This document shows positions 57,932 to 64,000 of a stretch of 64,000 nt of DNA, piece by piece. Both the position numbers and the translations under genes were made by a program. How positions within the stretch are numbered: position 1 is the stretch's first letter; every line of letters begins with the position of its first letter. This DNA is from a virus. Lineage: Duplodnaviria; Caudoviricetes. The DNA lies in the IMG/VR virus record IMGVR_UViG_3300033802_000250. One strand, 5' to 3'. The notes beneath the pieces were generated by a model. The model searched no databases and was not told where the DNA came from. It saw only the letters and a program-made list of their open reading frames with translations.

Positions 57932-59275
57932 TTACCATTTGCGCTGAGCCCGCTGAGTCTTGCGCAGGCACTCCTCGTTGATCTTCGCCATCATGTCTTC
58001 GACTTGCTGGATCATCTTCTCCAGCGGTCGTGTATCTACACCCGCCTTGCGTGCTTCTTTGATTTCGTCCTCCATTTTTACGAGGATTTCCTGAAGCGTC
58101 GCATTTGCGGTGACGGCTTCGCCAGCCATTGCTGTGCGGTTGTCTGCCATCGAGAAGACCTTGTCGTGAACTTCCTGCGCCTTCTTGACGTATTCCTTCA
58201 GCGTGTTTTCATGCGGATTCTTGTACTTGCCGACTTCCTTCTCGACATGTTCGATGTCGGCCTTGGTATTGCCGAGAATATACGTCACGGCTTGGAAGTC
58301 GTCGTTGTTGACACGCATCCGACCGTTCAGCAGGGCGTGCGCCATCATGGCGACTTGGCCTTTGTAATACCTCCGGTCGGAGACGCTGATGCCGTAATTC
58401 TGATTCAGGTCACGGATCAGCCGGTCGTAATTGGCTTCGATCATCGCCGGAAACTCGACCATATGGACGACCTTCTGCATCGCGTCGATTTCTTCGAGCG
58501 TGAGTTTCGTTTTGATCGTCTTCTTCTTGATGGTCGGGTTCTTCTCCTCCCGCGCGGCGCGGCCCATGAGAATCCGGTTTTGCGGATCCTTCACGTAGTC
58601 CACCCAATGCCGGAAGATAAACCGGTCGAAGAACGCATTGAGATCTTCGGTGTCCGGCAGTTCGTTCGATGCCGCAATCGCCAGACGGCGTGCGACCTTC
58701 ACTTGCTTGCCGTCGTTGTAGAAGTAGCCTTCGTTCAGGATCGACAGCAGGTAGTTCAGCGCCGGTTCGTTCGACTTGAAGATTTCATCATAGAACAGAA
58801 CGTGCGCTTCCGGTGAGCGACCGGTCGTGATGCGGAGGAACTGGTCATTTTCCATCGCCTTGATCGAATACGGGCCGACGATATCGGACGGATCGGTCGT
58901 CCGGTTCATCATCCACTTGAAGGCAACGCCGTCTTCGATGCCTTGTACCACGAGTTCCGCCAGTAACGTCTTTGCCGTTCCCGGCGGGCCGATGAGAAGA
59001 ATGTTCTCCTTGGCGATGAGCGCCAGCATGATGTCCTTCACGACAGCTTCCCGCTCGAACACGCGGTCGCAGATTTCAGAACCCAAATCCTTCAGTTTAT
59101 CGACCGCATCGAGCGCGAGTTGTTCCAACGCCTGATAGTTGACCTTCTTCTTTTTCTTCTTCTTGGCGCGGCGCTCGGGCACTTCGTCCTGTTCCTCCTG
59201 CTCATCGTCTCCGATAACGAAGTCGCCGTCGTTGAAGTCGAGTTCTTCTTCTTGCGCCAGTACGGATTTTGCCAT
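57932..59275 (-). CDS. MoxR/RavA-like AAA+ ATPase
   Basis: GPPGTAKT, DEIFK, ASNELP, FDRF, SDRR. Confidence 0.9.
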   Translation of the reverse strand: MAKSVLAQEEELDFNDGDFVIGDDEQEEQDEVPERRAKKKKKKKVNYQALEQLALDAVDKLKDLGSEICDRVFEREAVVKDIMLALIAKENILLIGPPGTAKTLLAELVVQGIEDGVAFKWMMNRTTDPSDIVGPYSIKAMENDQFLRITTGRSPEAHVLFYDEIFKSNEPALNYLLSILNEGYFYNDGKQVKVARRLAIAASNELPDTEDLNAFFDRFIFRHWVDYVKDPQNRILMGRAAREEKNPTIKKKTIKTKLTLEEIDAMQKVVHMVEFPAMIEANYDRLIRDLNQNYGISVSDRRYYKGQVAMMAHALLNGRMRVNNDDFQAVTYILGNTKADIEHVEKEVGKYKNPHENTLKEYVKKAQEVHDKVFSMADNRTAMAGEAVTANATLQEILVKMEDEIKEARKAGVDTRPLEKMIQQVEDMMAKINEECLRKTQRAQRKW

Positions 59276-59296
59276 GATTGTAAAACCTCCCTGAGA

Positions 59297-59839
59297 TTAC
59301 TTGTATTTCTCCCACACGCCGCCAAGCGTGTCCGGGCTGTCCGGTTGTACTTTCGGCTTTCTGACGTAGTCCTGAAGATCGAGCATCTTCACCGCTTCTT
59401 CAGCGGAGTTTTCCACGTTGTCGGGCTCATCGTCCCATTGAACAGGTTGGCTCGGATCAATCGGATCTTCGGGATTTGCCGAAATGTTCGTGTTGACGTT
59501 TTCGTTCATGCTTTTGACCAGATCCGCAAATTTCTGCGGGTCGAAATCCGTGCCGTGTGCCTTCTGCATGTTGCGTGCGACACTTTTGCTGACCGTCGGC
59601 ACGATAACGATCAGGATGCCTGCGACGGCCTGATTGAGCCCAGCGAATTTCTGGTGAAACTCCTGCGCGTTTTTCGTGTTCAGCAAATCCTTGATGAGTT
59701 CGCGGATATGTGCATACAGCGCCCGGGACGGGCCGACATCCGTGTACTGCGCCAGCGTCACCAACTCCTGCTGAAGCCCGGCGATGAAATTGTCGAGCTT
59801 CATCAGTTGCTTCTTGGCGATGTCAATGTTCTGCGACAT
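59297..59839 (-). CDS. Hypothetical protein
   Basis: GAGGGG SD; 180 aa. Confidence 0.6.
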   Translation of the reverse strand: MSQNIDIAKKQLMKLDNFIAGLQQELVTLAQYTDVGPSRALYAHIRELIKDLLNTKNAQEFHQKFAGLNQAVAGILIVIVPTVSKSVARNMQKAHGTDFDPQKFADLVKSMNENVNTNISANPEDPIDPSQPVQWDDEPDNVENSAEEAVKMLDLQDYVRKPKVQPDSPDTLGGVWEKYK

Positions 59840-60254
59840 GCTCTTGCACCCCCTCTACCGTGGTATCGCGAAATTTGCGAAGTTCTTTGATAACGCGCCG
59901 CTTTCGCTCCTCATTGTCGAAGTTGTGGTTGTCGTTGATCGACTGAAGCTGTGCGAGGGCGTGAACATCAAAGCCGTACATCCGCTTCATCTTCTCCATG
60001 ATGGGTTTGTCTTCCGTGAATATACTGCTGACTTCCTCGTCATTGTATCTCCAAGGAATATCCGTATAATCGAGGTGTTTGCAGATAAGACCGACGACAC
60101 AACATTGCGTAAAATCCGGGACAATGCCGAATCCATCAGGATCTTCTTTATCGCCGAAGTATCGGTTGGCGATGAGCGTCACCGCGCCACTTTCGATGTC
60201 GGCAATAAGTTTGTCAATATTGGCCCGCTGTTTAGCGGTTCTGAGGTATGGCAT
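59823..60254 (-). CDS. Hypothetical protein
   Basis: GGGAGG SD downstream of the repeated promoter. Confidence 0.6.
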   Translation of the reverse strand: MPYLRTAKQRANIDKLIADIESGAVTLIANRYFGDKEDPDGFGIVPDFTQCCVVGLICKHLDYTDIPWRYNDEEVSSIFTEDKPIMEKMKRMYGFDVHALAQLQSINDNHNFDNEERKRRVIKELRKFRDTTVEGVQEHVAEH

Positions 60255-60268
60255 GTTGCTTCCCTCCC

Positions 60269-60305
60269 GTTACTCATAGTGTTACCAAATGTAATGGGGT
60301 TATGC
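60269..60305 (-). promoter_or_regulatory. sigmaF-type promoter with GTTAC-N17-GTAAT palindrome
   Basis: GCATA-N14-GGTAACACTA. Confidence 0.6.
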
Positions 60306-60309
60306 ATCG

Positions 60310-60630
60310 TCAGTGAAAAATCATCAGCTTTCCAGCGCGGAGTCCGATGTCGTCAACCTCCGCCTCCTGAATCATCATCGACACGTCGATGCTATATTCG
60401 GTGGATACATTGTACGCCAGAATCACAAGCGGCTTGATCGTCAGCGCCATTTTTCCATCGGCAGAGATCAAGTAGTGGTATCCATAGTAGCCGCCTTTGC
60501 CACGTTCGTCTACCATTTTCCCTTCACCGCGTCCGCTGGTAAAGAACTTGACGTTCGGTCTCCAGCCGTGTGCGAGGAGTTGGTCGATGATCTGCTGACG
60601 CTTTTGTTCGATCTGCTCGCTCTCCTTCAC
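60310..60630 (-). CDS. Hypothetical protein
   Basis: AGGAGG SD before GTG. Confidence 0.55.
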   Translation of the reverse strand: MKESEQIEQKRQQIIDQLLAHGWRPNVKFFTSGRGEGKMVDERGKGGYYGYHYLISADGKMALTIKPLVILAYNVSTEYSIDVSMMIQEAEVDDIGLRAGKLMIFH

Positions 60631-60681
60631 GATATCTCCCTCCTTTCGACACATCATCTCGCGACAGCGAGATATGGTCGC

Positions 60682-61026
60682 CTACTCGTCAGGTTCATCG
60701 TCGTCATCGAGTTCATCGTCGTTGCTGAGAATTTCGTTATGGTTCAGATCAATTTGGATCGTTTCGGTCGGCGGCCAATCAATGAAGATGCCATGCTTCT
60801 TCCAGATCTCGCTCGGAACGTGTATCATCGCATCGCCCCAATTGAACCAGTTGTCGATGCTCTTGGCAACCTGTTTGCCTTCGTCGGTGCTGAGATATTC
60901 AGCAACCGCCGCCCGCATGGCCTTCTCAATTTGTTCGGCGCTCATATTCTCCTTGGCCCGCAGGAGATCCACATGGACAACATGCTCATCCCTGCGGGTC
61001 AGGATAAATATCTTAGTTCCATTCAA
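60682..61026 (-). CDS. Hypothetical protein with acidic tail
   Basis: GGAGG SD before TTG; FNWGD motif; TAG stop. Confidence 0.55.
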   Translation of the reverse strand: MNGTKIFILTRRDEHVVHVDLLRAKENMSAEQIEKAMRAAVAEYLSTDEGKQVAKSIDNWFNWGDAMIHVPSEIWKKHGIFIDWPPTETIQIDLNHNEILSNDDELDDDDEPDE

Positions 61027-62509
61027 CTGCCTTCTCCTCCTTCCGCTTTTTCTTCGACTTCTTGGCGATCTCGCGATGAACTTGTGACGATGCCTCATCG
61101 TTTTCAATGACAAAGTCGAATGCGGCCTGCTTGTCCTTCAGCTTGGTGAGAATCTGCTCATCGACCATACCACGATTGATGAGGTTGATGATATAAACTC
61201 TGTCGTGTTTGGAATCCAGACGACGAATCCGGTATTTTCGCTGTTCCCAAATAGCAGGCGTGTCCGGCAAGTCATAATTGATGAGATACCGGCCCGCTTG
61301 CAGATTGAGACCAGTGGATCCGGCTTGGTTTGCAATCATCACACGACATCGCGGGTCTTCATTGAATTTGCGTTTGCGGCGGTCTCGTACTTTGTCACTG
61401 AGGCCGCCGACGTAACGCACCGCCTTGGTGAACTCGCTGACCGCACGGTGCAACAGCACCGTCATCCGGCGGCTTTCTGTGAAGATGACGACCTTGTGGC
61501 CGCTATCTACGATCTCCTGCACGAGTTCAATGCAACGCTCGAACTTCGGGATACTCATTTCGTCCTTGACCATGAAATCCCGGTATCGCTCGCGTGTCGC
61601 TTCGTTCGGAGACATCTTCCATAGGTTCGGATGGTTGCTGGCGATGCGGCGCTGGCTCAAGACAGACTTCAGCCGGTCGCCGATCATCTTCGCCTCCATC
61701 TTCTTGCCGGACTGAAGCAACTTGTTACGGGCGTCGATCAGTTCCTTCTGATACTTCAGAAGTTCCTTGTCAGCCTTCAATTGCTTCGGATGCGGATCAA
61801 TGTAAATGTCGTCTTCCACGATCTTCGGAAGGGACATCTCGATCTCCTTGTCGGTGCGCCGGATAAAGAAGTTCTGCGTGCGCCGCCGGAGTTTGTCGAG
61901 ATTCTTGTACCCGACAATATCCTTGTAATCGTTCATCACACAGAACATGTCGCGGAAATCACGCCAGTTGCCGAAGATTTCTTCGTTGCCGGTGCGCACA
62001 ATACCAAAGATTTGATCCGGGTAATTCGTAATCGGCGTGCCGGATGCATAAATGATGTACTGGATGCCTTTGTTGTAGCCTTTCTTGTGCCGCTTGGTGC
62101 GGGGCTTAATGAGCATCGTAGCCGCCTTGTTTGTCTTCGAGAGCTTGTTGTTGATGAAATGTGCCTCGTCGAAGATAATCATGTCGAATCCGACTTTTTC
62201 AAAAAGGGTTTCATTTTGCTGAAGCGCCTGATAGCTGGCGATCATGAACATCGCATCGGAGTTCCTGAAGTTCTCGATGAACTGGCGCTTCTGTTGATCG
62301 ACCGTTACCGATACTTTCCGCTTGCCGCGCACGGTTTTGTATTTTGCACGGAAGTCGGAAAAGACGACGGCTTTCTCGTAGGTGAACTTATGCACCTCGT
62401 CGCGCCATTGTGTGCGAAGCGGTGCCAACACGATGCAGAGGACTTTCTTCACGAGCCCTTCCTGCTGAAGCTGTTTGGCGGCCATAATGCATTGAAAAGT
62501 TTTTCCTGT
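61013..62509 (-). CDS. SNF2-family helicase, exon 2
   Basis: Begins TGKT; FDEAH, SGTP, GLNLQ, Q...RIRR motifs. Confidence 0.9.
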   Translation of the reverse strand, partial: TGKTFQCIMAAKQLQQEGLVKKVLCIVLAPLRTQWRDEVHKFTYEKAVVFSDFRAKYKTVRGKRKVSVTVDQQKRQFIENFRNSDAMFMIASYQALQQNETLFEKVGFDMIIFDEAHFINNKLSKTNKAATMLIKPRTKRHKKGYNKGIQYIIYASGTPITNYPDQIFGIVRTGNEEIFGNWRDFRDMFCVMNDYKDIVGYKNLDKLRRRTQNFFIRRTDKEIEMSLPKIVEDDIYIDPHPKQLKADKELLKYQKELIDARNKLLQSGKKMEAKMIGDRLKSVLSQRRIASNHPNLWKMSPNEATRERYRDFMVKDEMSIPKFERCIELVQEIVDSGHKVVIFTESRRMTVLLHRAVSEFTKAVRYVGGLSDKVRDRRKRKFNEDPRCRVMIANQAGSTGLNLQAGRYLINYDLPDTPAIWEQRKYRIRRLDSKHDRVYIINLINRGMVDEQILTKLKDKQAAFDFVIENDEASSQVHREIAKKSKKKRKEEKAVEWN

Positions 62510-62855
62510 CCTAGATACCGTCCCTTTCGGGATACTTTAACACCGCTCGAAGCGGTCGGAGTAGACTATATCATCACCGCCGTAAGGCGGGCCGTGCGTT
62601 TCGATTTAAGGGGTTTTCACCCACCTGCCTATCGGCAGGCCCTACTCCTATTGGCTGTTTCCAGCCCGATGGGATAGTCGTTGAACCTTCCCCATATCCA
62701 TTCGGACTTAGGGGCTTGGATGCGTGGTTGCCCAATCCCACTCATTTTTTATGGTTAAGCCGCATTCACGTTTACCTTTCGGTTCCGTTGTAGCAGAGTG
62801 GGCTCTAAGGGTGTTCCCGCAGTTAGCACGGTTTTACATGGGCTACATGAGTTTA
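62510..62855 (-). ncRNA. Group I intron in the SNF2 helicase gene (346 nt)
   Basis: Removal restores GDLMG|TGKT; exon ATGGGT pairs with intron GCCCAT (P1 with U.G); P (AACTGCGGGAA), R (TCAACGACTAT), S (GATGATATAGTCT) present; terminal G. Confidence 0.92.
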
Positions 62856-63233
62856 ACCCATGAGGTCTCCGAGGATGACGATACGGCGCTTCTTCATGCT
62901 GTAACACATGAAATTAGCACCGAACAACTGGAAGTCGTACGGAGGGAGTTTTAACCCTTCAATGGGCACCGGCTTAATTTTCTTGAAGACCTTCGGTGGC
63001 TTCGGCGGATCAATGCCAAGGATTTCGTGTCTTGGTGTCTTGTAAATCAGTTCGCCGTAGAACTCCTCGTCGAGATCCTCTGCGGATTCAATCGGGAGAA
63101 TCCAGTACGGATCATCGTCGCCGCCCCACCGGGCTCCGTCGATTTTGCGTATTCGTTTCTGGTAGGGGAGATAGTACGGGACTTTGACCTCCAGAAGATC
63201 ATCGTCCCGTCTATCCACAAAGATTCCCGGCAT
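62856..63233 (-). CDS. SNF2-family helicase, exon 1
   Basis: PYDFQ (Q motif)...ILGDLMG. Confidence 0.88.
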
Positions 63234-63263
63234 AGAAAAACCTCCCGGTGTCGCCTACAACGA

Positions 63264-63953
63264 TTATTGAGTTGCGGCTGTCGGCAAGCCCAAACGCTGG
63301 CGCAATGCCGCAATCTCCGCATCGACGGCCTGTCTGCCGGTAAGCTTGTTCAGATCCGTCTGAAGTTGACGCTCCGAACGATACAGTTCCATCGACGCTT
63401 GCACCCGAGCTTCCATCGTGGAAACACGCCGAGCCATCCGCTCGAAGTTGTTCATCACGCTGGATATGTTGATCTTGCCCATCGTGCGATGGAGTTGCTC
63501 AAGCGCTTTGGCCGACTCGTGGCGCGAGACCAGAATACGATGGTCGTTCTTCGCCTTTTCGTAGTCGGCGCGAAGTTGGTCGTACTGCTGACGGAATGCG
63601 AGCGTATTGGCCCGCGCCGTCTCGTACTGCTGTTTGAACGCCTCTGCCTTCTGAAGCAAATGGTGCTTATCCAGCAGACAGCGTTCTGCCAAGCCTTCGT
63701 CGCCCAGTTTCAGGGCTTGTATGGCCTGTTCATCGCGTTGCTTTGCCAATGCTTCGGCGTCCCGATACTCCTTCAGGAGCTGGTTTTCCACCGCCATCTG
63801 CAAAGCGAGCGCGTCGTGAGCCTTTTGGATGTCACGGCCCAAGTCCCGGAGATATTGGTTCAACATGACCGTCGGATTTTCCGCGCGGTCGATGATGTCG
63901 TTTACCCTTCCCCGGAACACGTCGCGAATCCTTGAGAAGATGCCCACGGACAT
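63264..63953 (-). CDS. pspA: PspA/IM30 family protein
   Basis: GIFSRIRD...AENPTVML.QYLRD...AL..GDEGLA...FERM...VDAEIAALR. Confidence 0.9.
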   Translation of the reverse strand: MSVGIFSRIRDVFRGRVNDIIDRAENPTVMLNQYLRDLGRDIQKAHDALALQMAVENQLLKEYRDAEALAKQRDEQAIQALKLGDEGLAERCLLDKHHLLQKAEAFKQQYETARANTLAFRQQYDQLRADYEKAKNDHRILVSRHESAKALEQLHRTMGKINISSVMNNFERMARRVSTMEARVQASMELYRSERQLQTDLNKLTGRQAVDAEIAALRQRLGLPTAATQ

Positions 63954-64000
63954 CGCCTCCTTTTCTATTTGGTTGTGACGAAGAACTCCGCCTTGAATGG

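Overview
A roughly 50% GC, almost entirely minus-strand replication/recombination/nucleotide-metabolism region of a large Bacillota mobile element, most likely a large phage or phage-plasmid of a spore-former. It encodes DnaE, DnaN, DnaG, PcrA, RecA, SSB, HU, a rearranged SbcCD, class II RNR, dUTPase, guanylate kinase, a divergent ThyX-like protein, three UDG-fold proteins, DNA methylases, a lone GroES, a RavA/ViaA-like pair, an SNF2 helicase and PspA. The left end carries a Replic_Relax + P-loop ATPase + VirB6-like transfer module. Features not visible in the ORF track: (1) two group I introns that split dnaE inside its catalytic PDID|TDF motif and the SNF2 helicase inside Walker A (DLMG|TGKT); (2) a tRNA locus with no ordinary tRNA, holding an amber (CUA) suppressor, a tRNA with an 8-nt anticodon loop, a 3' half-tRNA and four tRNA-like RNAs with remodelled anticodon domains; (3) ten copies of a GTTAC-N17-GTAAC operator-like palindrome, nine over sigmaF/G-type promoters; (4) five intergenic hairpins sharing a UGUC tetraloop. 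All assignments come from motifs and base-pairing read by eye, with no database searches.
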